Positions 23,938 through 36,930 of a DNA stretch of 64,000 nt are shown one piece after another (within the stretch, counting starts at the first letter, position 1; each line of letters starts with the position of its first letter). This DNA comes from Felis catus (taxonomy: Eukaryota). Location of the stretch: positions 184,762,001-184,826,000 of the forward strand of contig NC_058368.1 in the NCBI RefSeq assembly GCF_018350175.1, read 5' to 3'. The position numbers and the translations under genes were made by a program. The notes under the pieces were generated by a model. The model did no database searches and was not told where the DNA came from. It saw only the letters and a program-made list of their open reading frames with translations.

Positions 23938-25544
23938 AGAAATACTCAGTGCTCTGCAGGATCATGTATGATGAGGTCAACAGCACAGGTTTGGTGGAGG
24001 CCAGTCTCATGTTCAAAGCCCAGCTCTGCCATGCCTAAGTGACCTTAGGAAAGTTATTAAGATAGTCCTCAAACCTAGTTTTGGTATCTCTAAAAATATG
24101 AATAATAATACTACCAAACATGTTGTCCATGAAATAAAACTGTAATGATCAATCATAATATATGAACTAGAATGGCAGAACTGTCAAAGGTCTCAAACAA
24201 CTTTAAGCAAGAAACGCACGGAATAACATGCTTTGAGATGAGATACACAAATCCTTGCAGAAAGACAAAGAGGCATTAAAGAATTAAACAGTTATTCACA
24301 ACTTCTCCTTCTGGAGCTGTTTTGCTTCTCCAATCTCTAGAGGCTGTTGAAGCTTCAACTCCTATAAACAGGAGCTGACAGGTAATGAAAACAGGCTCAA
24401 AACAGCAGCTGTGGGTCACTTAATCAGCACTGGCTGAGAAGCCCTAAAACCTCGTCCTGGCTCCCTGCTGATTGGCCATGCTTGGGGCACCCACTTAACC
24501 TCTCTGAGACCCTGAATCCTCAGTTGTAAAATGAGAGATTGAACAACATAGGTTCTAGAAGGTCCATTGGAGCTAATGAAAAGCATTCTCAATTTCTACA
24601 ACTCTACTAAATCAAACACACAGATGATCCAAAAAAGATTGCAAGTCAGATTACCTTTACCCCAGAGAAATCGAGCTTGCATTACAGGGAGCTCATGCCT
24701 TGTTTGGCAATGAGCACACAGATCCATTGGGCTGGGCATCCAGGTGACCCTCATTTCTGTATAAACACTTCTGCTGGCGCCAAGAGCTGCATCCAGCCTG
24801 GAACCAGAAAGGAAGAGATTAAACTGAAGGCACAAACACCTGCCTCAATGCCTGTAGGGAGCTCTAACCATCTTGACAGGCCAGTTGTGGTAATTGTCCT
24901 GTCTTATCCAATAAACCAGCTATTCGAGCACTGAAAGGTTGATGGCTCCTGTCAGTTGACCATAATTCCAATCACTTCCATTGCACATATATGTTTTATT
25001 TGCATCACACCTGTACCAACACAGACCAGGAGAGACCAATTAAACTATGATTAGTACATATGCCACCTAAATGTGACAAAGGGCTGTTCTCAATGAAATC
25101 AAAGAACTATGTTAGGGAAAGCCAGATGATCACTTAGGTGTGAGAGGCTAGTACCAATGACATTGAGAATACACCAAAATATCCCATATTTTGAGACATA
25201 CCAAAATAGTTCTAAAAGAAATAAGACTTGTTAGTTATGTTTTCTACCACTCTCGGTAGATGAAAAACTTTGATAGTATGTGTTCAGACAAAGAAGAGCA
25301 TTCCATTTTAAACGTTTGCTAGTAAATAAAGTGGCAAAGGAATAGGATCCTGTAGCTTAACTTATATAAGTATATCAATTGCTGGGGCATCTGGACATTA
25401 GCATCTGGATACAACATCATCTGGACTATGGAAATGCAAAACACAAATACAGGCAAGGACATTGTCCCAACTTGCCTCTCCAACTGTATTCCTTAGGGTA
25501 CTGCCAGCTGCTCTTAAAAATAAAACTGTTACATCCCATGAAAG

Positions 25545-25875
25545 TGTTCCTGGTGAGTAGGCCACTCTCCTCCACATGGAGATTTAGAGAACAAGGGTCC
25601 TTCCATCTTGTGACTCGGTCAATTCCTAGGCCTCTGGAATCTCCTGTATCCAGATGAGAGACAGGGGAAAGGAGAGTAAGAGAGACACTGGCATTTTAAA
25701 ACTGGCCCAGGAAATAATACTTCTGCTCCTTTGCCAAAATGGTCACAAGGCCACATCTGCATGCAAGGAGGACCAGGAAATGTAGTCCCCTAGGTGGGCA
25801 ATTTCCTCCCAAGGTTGATCCTGTACCATGGAAAACACAGCACTAAATTTTTTTGGAGAGCTATTCTCTTCTACA
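25545..25875 (-). mobile_element. MaLR LTR fragment, MLT1I/J-like
   Basis: tccttccatcttgtg...ggtcacaaggccacatct..tgcaaggagg..ggaaatgtagtc (reverse-complement MLT1). Confidence 0.65.
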
Positions 25876-28010
25876 ATCACATACTCTCTTATATAAATAT
25901 TTCTACTTAGGAGCTGTTTTTAGATCCCAATTATTTTAACTTGTACCTTATCATTGACTAGAAGTGTTACATCACATATTCCTACCTCCTCATCATTAGT
26001 AATTTTATATGGTATCGTGCTGAATTTGTTTTTTCAAGATATTGGAGGATATCCAACCAGACAATAAAGATACCCACAGGTACACTATTAGGTCCAGATG
26101 TAATAATAGAAGCAGGAATATGGTACCATTGCCTTTCTTGTGAGGAAAGAGAAACTACTGATTTGTCTTCACTTTTTTGGCTACTCTGATTCCAGGCTTC
26201 ACATCCAGTATGGTGACAGCCTGGTTATAATGTCTAACTTTGCCTCAGGCACCTGGATCATGATGTGAGTCCAAACTAGTTTTGCCGTCAACATCAAGAG
26301 GTTGTCCACACTCGTGCCAAAATCAGGGTTACAACTCATGGCTGTGCTAACTGTGGGAGGGGAGTATAGATGATGGTTAGAGGTTGTGGTCCAAGATGAT
26401 AGATGGCATGCAAGAGAAGGAAGAGATGTGTTAAGAATGCCTTACTTGGCATATCAGTTGAAGTCTCAAACTCCAGCTTGGCTTACATTTCTTATTTGAA
26501 TTGTATCTTGTACATCACCTTTACAAGTGATGGAGCATCCAGGGATGGCTGGACTTCGTGGGAAAAAGACAACAGACTGATCAATGTAAAAACAGAACAA
26601 ACCCCCAAAAGTGTCATTCACAGGAGCTACACTGAAGGAAGCAGGAGAGTGTTCACAATCCAGGTGATAAGAACCACCAATCCCCACTTTATAAAATTGT
26701 AATGGAAGTGTCTCTTTTGTCCCTGTGTATAGCTAAGAGCCCCACCAAGATGTGTCTTATGGACAGCCGGTAGGAGTAGCTTATGTCACTCAAGTAGGGA
26801 AAATGAGACCACGAGACATTCAGGAGAGCAGGAAAAGACAGACCTTGTAATCATAACTTAGCAAACTTCAAAAAACCTGTTTAAAAGGGGTATTCTGATA
26901 ACATTTGTTTCAATGAGATCATAATATTTGTGCCATAAAGCACAGACTCTATGAGCTGCAACTTTTGTCCGGGGTAGTAAATCATTAAGGATCTCTGGGC
27001 TTAGATTTTTAACTTCTAAAATGCATGATGTAAAGTTCTGTTGATTATAGAGAATCTGATTTTCTAGTCAGCATCCACCAAAAGCAGCAACAGAAAATGC
27101 CTCTGTAGCACAGTTCTGCTGACTTATGATCCCTACTTTGCCGACTCTCATCTGCTTCTAGGCACAGCTGTTTTTAAATGGAACAGCACTTTATGCAAAC
27201 AGTGCCAGCCTGGCCTCAGAGCAAGAAAGCCCAGAGAATAGGAGTTAGAAATCAGTATTTTATAGTTGGAGCCAAGAATTTGGACCATCACCTGCTATTT
27301 TTGATACCTGTGATCTTACATGGCTTGCTCTTTGCTGAAATGCACTACCTGAAGCAGATCTTAGAGAGATGTTATGGCAACCCAGTTCTCTGAGTCCTTG
27401 TAAACATCTATGAGCCTGCCAAGAAGATGAGCAAATCGAAGGATAATGAAGAAGGTTGCGGTATACACAGCGCCTCCTCTATCTTTGCTCAACCTCACGG
27501 AGAAGACTGCACCCAAGTCGATAATTACAAGATTAGAATCCATGTGAGTTTTGTTTTTCCATAGAGTTCAACAGTGCATAGTTTCTATTAAAAAAAAAAA
27601 AAGCCTAAACATAATGAATCCACTCTGTAAGATGCTTGGAAGAGAGTAGAATTTCAGAGCCAACAAGATTGGAGTCATCAACAAGAGTAGGACCCTTGGA
27701 AAACTAAGAGAAGCATACTCCTTAAAGAGCAACACTCCCTTTGGGACCCGACAGAATGTTTCACAGTCCTCAACCTCCTCTCCTCAGCCCCTGGCTGCTG
27801 GCTACAAACTGCCATAATCCTACATCTTCCAAGACTTCCTAAGGCCAGGATTTAATCCATTAGGCAAAGTATAAATTGTAGTGTTTAAGAGCAAAGGCTT
27901 TGGAATAAGTCTGCCTTGTTCTATATCATGGCTTCACTACCTACTATATGATCATCAGTAAGTAACTTAATTTCTATTAAGCCTAATTCACACATGAAGG
28001 AAAAAGAGCT

Positions 28011-28048
<38 letters not shown>
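28011..28048. repeat. (ATAG)n tetranucleotide microsatellite, about 9 units
   Basis: Read directly. Confidence 0.98.
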
Positions 28049-29299
28049 CTTCTAAAGTAAATAGTAGTCACCTCTGGATGGAGGGATTAGGCTTTAAATT
28101 ACTTTTATTTAATTTATCTGCATTTTCTAAAAATATTTATAATTGAGCATACTTTATTTTTGTAATAAGGAAAGCAAACATGTAATATAATAAACTTAAC
28201 TAAGGAAATGAGAGCTTAAGTGAAATAATTGTTTTCATAGAATAATTCTTTAATGAATGCAAACAATAGTTAGATTTTAACTTTGTTCCTCTAAATGTTA
28301 TAAAAATGCCAAAAATCAATTTGAAAATTAGTCAATGGGCTTAATTTTAAATAAAGGCAAACAAAACCACAGCACCAATGTAGCAAACTAAAATATGAGG
28401 CCTCCCCCATCTCCCGCTTGGTCACTTGGTTCCATTCCTCCAGGCCTTAACTGGCATGGAAACTAGCTCCCTTGACAGTCCCATGGTGCTTCATATACCA
28501 GACTCTGCGCTATTTTCCAGATATATACCTCCCAGGCTTACCACAAAACTGTCCTTCCAAAAGATTCCAGCAAAATGAAACATTCTATTGGAATGTTTTT
28601 AAACAAGTTATTGAAACACAGAAAGGACATTGCTTTCAAAGTTTAGCCTATTCCAAGAACCCTGTTGAGATTCTTGGCTCATTCTCCAATAGCTCTAACA
28701 AAATCCAACTGATAGAGGCAGTCTAACTTCATGATAGTTGATGGAGCACAAGACAACCTGATCATCAAGGAACTTCATCAAGGAAAAAACACACATCATA
28801 AGATTGACAGCAGACTCCCAAAGAAATGAGAAATCAACAATCGCATGCATACAAAAGAGGAGACAAACAGAATTACAGAATAATCCTCAAATAAGAGAAT
28901 CGGGCATAGTGGGCAAGCCCTGGCAGAGACAACATATACTGTGATTGCCCATGAAAAAATTAAAGTGCTGGAAAACAACTGCATTGGTCCCTGCTTTCAA
29001 GGTGACTTCACTATATTTTGAACGACAAGCCTCAAATCTATTACTCTAGATAAAGTGGAGGATATGCCTCCAAATGCCCCCAGATGAGCTTTGGAACAGT
29101 GTCATTGTAATAATGGTAGTGTTGCATGAAACCACCCATCCCAAACTAAAGTTACTCATGCAGCTAAGGAAAAGTCTCCATAGCCAAATGTTCCTCTGTT
29201 CTCCTGTCCTGCATAGCTATAGAGCTGCTCATCCCATAATCACGACTGAATTATCTACCAAAAGAATGCCTATTTTCACTTGTGCTGGAGAAACCCATT

Positions 29300-29765
29300 C
29301 CAAACTCCAAATTCTATATATAAGCAAGAATGCCAAAGTAATAAAAGCTGAAAAGAAAAATAACCAATCCCTATAAACAGAGCTTATAAACAATATGGAA
29401 TAGAAATTTAAATATGTAATAATTATCTTCAAGAGATTTGATAGGATTTATAGCTATAAAAGGGCTCTTTGAAAATCAATCGTCAGTCTGCAAATTAAAA
29501 CCATAATTGCTAAGATTTTTTTACACTAAATAAATCATTGAAATACCAAAATGGAGATCAATTAAAACTGAATTAACCACATGAAACCCTATCAAAGAGA
29601 GAAATTATAAGACTAAAAACAAGAATCATGATAGAAGAACTTAGATCTTTCAAGATAGATCTCAGAAAGCCAGTATCTGTCTACCATGAATTCTAGAAGA
29701 ATGACAAACATGTACAGAGAATATAATGAAAGAAATAAATATCAATTTTCCTTGACCTAAGGAAA
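29300..29765 (+). mobile_element. Old L1/HAL1 ORF1-like relic
   Basis: A-rich; atagatctcagaaagccagtatctgtcta...gaattctagaagaa...aatgaaagaaataaa...aattttcc. Confidence 0.45.
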
Positions 29766-29786
29766 TGTTCCACAGGACATGGCCCA

Positions 29787-30060
29787 CTGTGGAAAAAATA
29801 GCTAGTTGCACACCAGTAGCCTTCCTCCCTGACTTCTTTTAATAGAACCCTGAGAATTTTAGCTAATCACAGAGGACCAGGCCAAATGATCTGTCATCCT
29901 CTCTTGCAAACCGGTCTTGTGACAAAATTCTCACCAGTAAAATGTGGATGAAAGTGATATGTGCAATTGTAACTCATTTTCTGAAAAGAATGACTTCCAC
30001 TTTCCCACTCCTCTTCCTATTAATTGAAATGCAAATGTTATGGAAATGGATATTTTAGAC
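29787..30060 (+). mobile_element. Old MaLR LTR fragment (MLT1-like)
   Basis: ctctcttgca..gtcttgtgacaaaattct..ccagtaaaatgt..aagtgatatgtgcaa. Confidence 0.5.
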
Positions 30061-30072
30061 CAAAGATCATCT

Positions 30073-30462
30073 AAAATAGTCATGCCCATTTGTTTACTTA
30101 CTGTCAACAGGCTGCTTTTGCAGTAGAATGGTAGAGTTGAATAGGTGTAATAGAGGCATTATGGACAATAAAGTCTAAAATACTTACTATCAGGGGACCT
30201 GGGTGGCTCAGTCAGTTAAGTGTCTGACTTTGGCTCAGGACATGGTCTCATGGTTCATGGGTTCAAGCCCTGCATGGGGCTCTGTGCTGTTGGCTCTGAG
30301 CCTAGAGCCTGCTTCGGATTCTGTCTCTCCCTTTCTCTCTGCCCCTCCCCTGCTTGCACTCTCTCTCAAAAATAAATAAACACTAAAAATAAAAATAATA
30401 ATAAATAATAAACAAAATAAAATACTATCTGTCCAGTTGCAGAAAAAAATTTCCAACTCCTG
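30073..30462 (+). mobile_element. hAT-Charlie MER58-like transposon interrupted by a SINE
   Basis: catgcccatttgtttact..ggctgcttt..agagttga..aaagtctaaaatacttactatc | tg..cagaaaaaaatttccaactcctg. Confidence 0.8.
30193..30418 (+). mobile_element. CanSINE
   Basis: Head, CT-rich body, A-rich tail. Confidence 0.95.
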
Positions 30463-30464
30463 TT

Positions 30465-31120
30465 TAAAATTTCAAAGATTGACGACATATGTGTTGGTAA
30501 GGATAAGAAGCAACCAGAATGTGCAGCATTGCCAGTTAGAGTGTAAAGTATTAGAGGCACTTTCCGATACTGTTTAGAACACAGTGTTAATAAAGTTAAA
30601 TCCACAGCTGTCTTGTTACACAGCAATTCCACATCTATGTATATTTCCAAGATAAGTGAGTATATATCCACAAAACACATGTTCAAGACTGCTCAGAGCA
30701 GTTTTATTCATTATAATCAAGAGTGGATAAACAAATTGTGATATATTCATGCGGTGAAAAGCTACACAGCAATAAAAAGGAACAAATTACTGTTAGACCT
30801 AATGACACAAATTAAACCCCCAAATATGCTGATAAGTACAGAACAGATACCAATAGAATTTACTATATGATTTCACTTATATGAAGTTCAATAAAAGGAA
30901 AAGTTAGTTTATGAGGATAGAAATCAGAATAGTCAGTGTCTGTGGAAGGTGTGTACTCACTGGAAAGGGCATGAGGAAGTCTTTTGGGGTGCTAGAAAGT
31001 TCTAGAACCTGATCCTGGTGGTGGTTACATGTACCTACATTTGTAAACATTCAGCAAGCTAGGCACTTAAAGTTTGTGTACTTTATTGTATACATGTTAT
31101 AAATGAATTTAAAAAAAAAA
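30465..31120 (+). mobile_element. Old L1 3' fragment (L1ME-like)
   Basis: cagcaattccac..; tggataaacaaattgtg; gatcctggtggtggttacatg..; ends in poly-A. Confidence 0.75.
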
Positions 31121-31261
31121 GAAAAAAGCTGAAGTAAACAAACAAAAAAGAATCAATGTACAAGATAGTTACTGTTGATTAATTTTTGTCAAAGAAACAG
31201 TGCAAAGCAGCAGATTAAATATATTTCCTGAAAATGTAGGACTTAAAAATGTAACAGGCTA

Positions 31262-31418
31262 GGGGCACCTGGGTGGCTAATTCAGTGAAGCAGCCAACTC
31301 TTGATTTTGGCTCAGATCCCTATCTCATGCTTAAGATTATCTCCCTCCCTCTCCCTCTATCGCTCCCCTCTTCATGTCAGGCTCTCATGTGCTCTTTCTA
31401 AAAAAAAAAAAAAAAGAA
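31262..31418 (+). mobile_element. CanSINE, internally deleted
   Basis: Head and poly-A present, middle missing; TSD-like aaaa(t/g)gtaacag. Confidence 0.85.
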
Positions 31419-31550
31419 AAAGGTAACAGCTAGAATAAGAGCTTATTCACTTGCTTAAGAGATAAGACTATGTGCTCCTTAGTAAGAAAGCAACTTCTAA
31501 CACTAAAATATTTTAAAATAAATAAATTGAAGCATTCAGTTTCTAGAGAA

Positions 31551-31563
31551 TTTTTTTTATTTT

Positions 31564-31605
<42 letters not shown>

Positions 31606-31785
31606 ACTCATGGGCGGGGGAGAGGGGCAGAGAAAAGAGAAAGTTTGACAGAGAGGGAGAATCCCAAGCAGACTCCATATTCAGTGAAAAGCCCAAGGAG
31701 GGGTGAGATCCCATGACCCTGGGATCATGACCTGAGCTGAAATCAAGAGTCCGATGCTTGACCGCCTGAGCCACCCAGGCACCCC
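31551..31785 (-). mobile_element. CanSINE
   Basis: Reverse-complement head, long (GA)n, T tail. Confidence 0.95.
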
Positions 31786-31799
31786 AGAGATAAGCCTAC

Positions 31800-32215
31800 T
31801 AAATCATGAATAAAAAATAAGTCAATGACAGCAATATTCAACAAATATTACAATGTTTAGTGAAAAGAATAAGACACCAAAAATGCACACAGTATGAGTC
31901 CATGCATATAACAGTCAAGAACAAACAGATTTAAAGTGTGTACATTCGGAATGCATGCTTAGGTGGTAAAGCCATAGGAAAACAGGAAAGCGAGTCTCAT
32001 TAAGTCAGGAGAGTAATTACCTTAGGCAATAATAGAACTTCCCTGTGATAAGGAAGTGATGGAAGAGAGGGTCTTCTGGCGTGCTGGTAATGTTATTTCT
32101 TAATCTACATGATGAGTACACTGATGCTCATGTCATTACTGTGTTAAACTGTACATTTGTGTAAGCACTTCTTTTAATGCATGCTTTATTTCACATAACC
32201 AAAAGGTTTAAAATG
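31800..32215 (+). mobile_element. Old L1ME-like 3' fragment
   Basis: acaatgtttagtgaaaagaa..acacagtatga..; gcttaggtggtaaa; ttctgg..tgctggtaatgtt. Confidence 0.6.
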
Positions 32216-32348
32216 AAGTAAAGATACAGAGGATTTGAATAACAAGGTTCATCACCATTACATATATGTTCTTTCTTCATATATAAGTATGAATAATATA
32301 TTCATAGAGACCGTTATAAATTCATATGAATTAAATATGTAATATACA

Positions 32349-32466
32349 TTTTTTAAACTTTATTTTGAGAGAGAGGGAAAGAGAGAGCAGGGGAGAGAGA
32401 TTTCACAAACCATGAGATCATGACCAAGAATCGGATACTTAACCAACTGAGCCACCCAGGCACCCC
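32349..32466 (-). mobile_element. CanSINE, internally deleted
   Basis: Reverse-complement head aactgagccacccaggcacccc and GA-rich part. Confidence 0.85.
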
Positions 32467-32589
32467 TATAATATATTTTATATATGTATACATGTGTCTG
32501 TGTGTACCAAACAGAGAAGACACATTGCATTCAAATGCCTATAAAACATTTTTTTCAAAAGTCCATCATATACTTGACCAGAGATGATT

Positions 32590-33354
32590 TCATCTTTGCA
32601 GCAGATCCGTAGTGGCTGTGAGTTTCCCATGCTTTCAGTTTCCAAGATGAAGTTTATGTGTGTGTTGCTATACTGTCATTATTTATTGAGTGTACAGTAG
32701 GGGTTGGGAAGATAATTTAGCTTTTCATTCATAGATTTCAAGGCACCAGGAATCACATCCATCCACATTGGACATAGGACAGTGCATTATCCTGAAAGCC
32801 TGGACTTTGACCTGGATGAGGTAAGTGAATGGGATTCTGGATTGTCTTTCTTAGGGAACAGTATGTGAAGAAAGGTGTTCCGAAATATTTAGAAGCCAGA
32901 GGAACGAAGTAGGGTAAAGATGGCTAACAGATCACCAAAAATCTGTGTTACACTGCCCCACATAGTGTAGAGTTGTCTCAGAGAAGTGGCTGGTCAGCTA
33001 GGGACTACATTTCCTAGTTCCTCTTACCCTGAGTGGTAGTCATGTGACTAAATTCTAGCCAATTAAATGTAAACAGAATTGATGACCATGACTTCCAGAC
33101 CTGACACATAAAGACCCCCACCCAGTACTCTATCCATATTGTCACTTTTCAGCTGGCTAGAATGGACATGATCCCCCAGGGTGACCCTAAAAACTACTTG
33201 TTTAGGGGTGCTTGGGTGGCTCAATCAGTTAAGCCTCTGACTGATGATTTTTGGCTCAAGCCATGATCTCATGGTTGTGGGGTCAAACCCTGGGTCAGGT
33301 TCTGCACTGGGCATGGAGCCTGTTTAAGATACTCTATCCCTCTTCCTCTGTTCC

Positions 33355-33407
<53 letters not shown>

Positions 33408-33560
33408 CAGTCCCCAAATGACTGTATGGATATGCAGGTGACCCTCTCTAACTTTCCACCTACACGGTACTCCTTTGTGAGCAAGGAAGAACTTCTACAG
33501 TATCTGAGCCATCATTCATTTTGGGCCTATTTGTTAGAATAGTTAGGCTACACTAATTAA
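32590..33560 (+). mobile_element. MaLR LTR (MLT1I-like, from about 32905) with probable internal-region remnant upstream, interrupted by a SINE
   Basis: gggactacatttcc..gtcatgtgactaaattctagccaat..; 3' end ttttgggcctatttgttag; upstream ctggactttgacctggatg resembles an MLT-int end. Confidence 0.6.
33205..33404 (+). mobile_element. CanSINE lacking A tail
   Basis: Head and long (TC)n, then unrelated sequence. Confidence 0.9.
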
Positions 33561-34462
33561 CGCTGGGGAAAATAATAGTACCTACCCCACTGTGTGGTAG
33601 TGGAGGGTCAATGAAATCATGAAAAAAGAAAGCACAGGGCCTCATACATCTTAAGTGCTGAGTGTGTGTTAGCTTAGTAAGTACCCAGGAAATTATGACA
33701 AGGACTTTAGAGGCCTCAGAATGATTAAGTTTCAAGAGATGAGCTCTTAAAAATAAAGGAAAGTGATTGATGACAGTCTAGTCAGTCCATTTCTTCCAGT
33801 TAATCACTCTTTCCTCAAAGAATCCTCTGGGCTTGGTTTTAGGAGCAACACAGTAGGCAACCACAGCACATCTGAGCAAATAAAGCTGTGAAACCAGCTT
33901 GATATGCTAACCATCAGGGACAATGATGAACCAGCTGGAGACTCTGAGATGAGTCCCTAACATGAGTGAACACAAAGAAGGGAATCCTATATAAATACGT
34001 GTGCCAAGGTAAAGTTTTTTTCCCTACTTTTTCCCTTTCTGCTTTCAGCAAGCGCATGTGCACGTCCACACACGCATGCATACACTGACACGCAGATAGA
34101 TGGCCGCACTGCAAAGAGTATTGGTGATTTTATTGATGGGTCTCTCAAATCATCACTAAAACAAAAATAAGCTGTTCACTTCACAGCTGGAGTCAAATGG
34201 AGTGATGACAGTTGTCTCACCCTTCTTTGATGATAAATGAGCCTTCCCCTGCTTACGCGGGTCCTTGACCCAAATTCACAGTTATTCCAGTGACCCAGGC
34301 AGACCTTTGAGAAGAAAAAAAGACACACTCACAAATGCCTAATGAAGCTTGTCTCAACTATTACTATTGTACCCTGTCATTCTAACTATAATTGATTTGC
34401 TAAGGTAGCTTTTTTTTTTATAAACAGCCTAGCAGACAAAAATACCTAATATAAATTAAACA

Positions 34463-34464
<2 letters not shown>

Positions 34465-34508
<44 letters not shown>
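34465..34508. repeat. (TC)22 microsatellite, not SINE-associated
   Basis: Read directly. Confidence 0.98.
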
Positions 34509-34512
<4 letters not shown>

Positions 34513-36039
34513 ACATTTCACCAGCCTTACTATCCCATGTTTATTTTAAACTTTCTATGAGCTTTCACATTCTCCTTTTTTATCTTGGAAGTAGGCAAAT
34601 AAGTGTCTGGCCTTTAAAAATGCCTTTGGTAATAGGATCTTAGAATCACATAAAGAGAACTTCATCCCCTAGACAAGCTTTTTCATAAGGCGCAAATTTC
34701 TGTCGATTGAAGGTGACTATCTAGAATCGTCTTTGAAAATAGTTGGGAAACTACATCAGAGCTTTATAGGAATAAATGCCATGATCAAATAGCAATGTCT
34801 ACAAAGACAGAGTATGGTGGCATATTAAAATATAGTCCTTCTTAGTTAAAGAAGAAGAATACATAGAAAATTTCCAGAAAGCAAGGTATCTAGCCTACTG
34901 TGTAGATATAGATATAGGTAACATATATAGATATAGGAATCAATATATAGATATTTAGAATCTGAATCCTTCAAGGAAGATAATACAACTACACTTCAAA
35001 GCACCTTCCCCGAAATTGCTTATACTTATTGGTTGTTTCCTACAACCATCTACTATAAACCCCTTGTGTTTCAAAACATAGAAATAAAATTAAACAGCTT
35101 ACTCAGAGAAAGAGAGGGAAAGAGCTGTGAGAAGTAACAGCCTGAGATTTCTATGTTCCTTTCAAGAAGCAAACTCCCTGAGAGATCCTCGAGCCTGAGA
35201 TGCTACTGGAAGCCATGTGCTTTGTGGCTGCCTGGATGTCTTTCTTCAACAATGGAAGGGTGTATGTTAACAGCCTGTAGTGACAAGACTCCATTATTGC
35301 AGGAACATAACATCTCAAAGGGACTCCCAGCTACCCAGAGGTTGTAGAGAGTTCCATTTAGCACCATCTTTGTGAGGCGTGAACACCTGACACAGGATGA
35401 AAGTGGAGGAGCCGGCCCTGGGGAGGAAGGGCTTTTTCCCTTTCAAGTTTCTGAACTCCTCTAGGTCTGTGGAGGTCCAAACCACAGAACCAAGGAAACT
35501 CAAAAGGAAAGCAACAAAAGGAGCCACAAATCAAAAGCGCCCTCTCCAATGTACAGCTCCTGCTGTTCTGCTTTCATTACGCACCAGCGTTGTCTGAATG
35601 GCTAGCAGCACCTCAGCCTCCTTGTACAAAGTCAACACACTGTTTTGAGGAGTGTGTACAACTTGCAAAGGAGCAGACTGGCTGCCGGCTGAATTCTCCA
35701 GTCTGCTCCAGTCTCCCTCCATGCTTTTTTTCTCTGTGGGGCTGGGAGCTAGGGAGTTTTCTTTGTCCTGTGACTATGAGGTTGCTTTGGGATCTTTAGG
35801 AATACCATCAACCCTATCGCCATCACCACCCATCCCTCTATAGCCATGTTCTCCCTGAGAACTGTCCTATAATTGGGACTTTTCTTTGCCTACCTGCCAC
35901 ACATGTTCTCTTCTTTCCCCTGGGTCCCACTCTGCCACTAATTCTTTAAAGGTATTTATGTTAGCCAAAGCTCTGTGTGGTAGGAAACAGAAACTCACTT
36001 CAAACTGAGAAGGAGCCTCTGGATAGCTCACAAAAATAA

Positions 36040-36930
36040 AGCAAGATCCAGGTTTTGTAGGGCCCAAAGCTTAAACAATAAAGTGAGGGTATCTCTTTAA
36101 TTTCAAATGCAAAATTAAGTATGAAAGTGAGTATCAAAAAAGAGAAATCACAGCAAACTGCAAATCTTTAAATGTTGACAAGTGTCACAAATACCATAAA
36201 ACCCAGAAAAATATCCTAATGTTCTTGTTAATTAACTGACTGATAACGCTTCTGTAATAACTTTGTTCTATTCCTTTTATCTGCTTGCTCTTTGATCACC
36301 TGTCTATATGACAATAGGTTTTTACTCTAATTTTCAAGGGAATAATAAGGTAGTTCAAGTCTTTCTTCTAGCATAGCGATCAAAATTCATCACGGAAGGT
36401 GGGATGACGTGCAACATCACACACAGGTGTACTCCCTGTTTGTAATACTGAGATCTGTCCTCTTTTAAGACAGAAACTCTGACAAATCAGTTTTCATGAT
36501 TCACAAAAGAAAAAACATGATGCATTTAAGCTGCCTGAATTACATAATGAAACATATTCCTCCACACTTCCATTTTGACTAGACGTCAGTAAAAACTGAA
36601 TCCTCCTTCTATAACTTTATTTTTTTTCAATATATGAAATTTACTGTCACATTGGTTTCCATACAACACCCAGTGCTCATCCCAAAAGGTGCCCTCCTTA
36701 ATACCCATCATCCACCCCCCATCAACCCTCAGTTTGTTCTCAGTTTTTAAGAGTCTCTTAGGCTTTGGCTCTCTTCCACTCTAACCTCAATAAATTTATA
36801 TTTCTGATTATTTAAATGTACAAAACTCTTCTAAAAATAACAATAAATGTACAAAGTTCTTTCAAATCTGTCTTCTCCTCTTCTCCCCACATACATTGGA
36901 TGCTAGCAGCAGTACAGTAGTTCCTGTACT
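36040..36930 (+). mobile_element. hAT-Tip100 DNA transposon, MER115/Zaphod-like, interrupted by an L1 tail
   Basis: gatccaggttttgtagggcccaaagctta..acaat...agaaatcacagcaaa...ccagaaaaata...taattaactg matches recalled consensus. Confidence 0.7.
36618..36788 (-). mobile_element. Short felid L1 3' end
   Basis: Reverse complement of L1 3'UTR (ttggtttccatacaacacccagtgctcatccc); TSD-like ataa(c/a)tttat. Confidence 0.92.

Noticed and set aside
26040..26850. High-complexity unique stretch with 99-aa and 73-aa ORFs; possible processed pseudogene
   Set aside because: No recognisable protein, poly-A or TSD; candidate exon frames hit stops. BLASTX would be needed to revisit.
35153..35843. Cluster of seven overlapping short ORFs
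   Set aside because: Explained by locally higher GC; no recognisable product.
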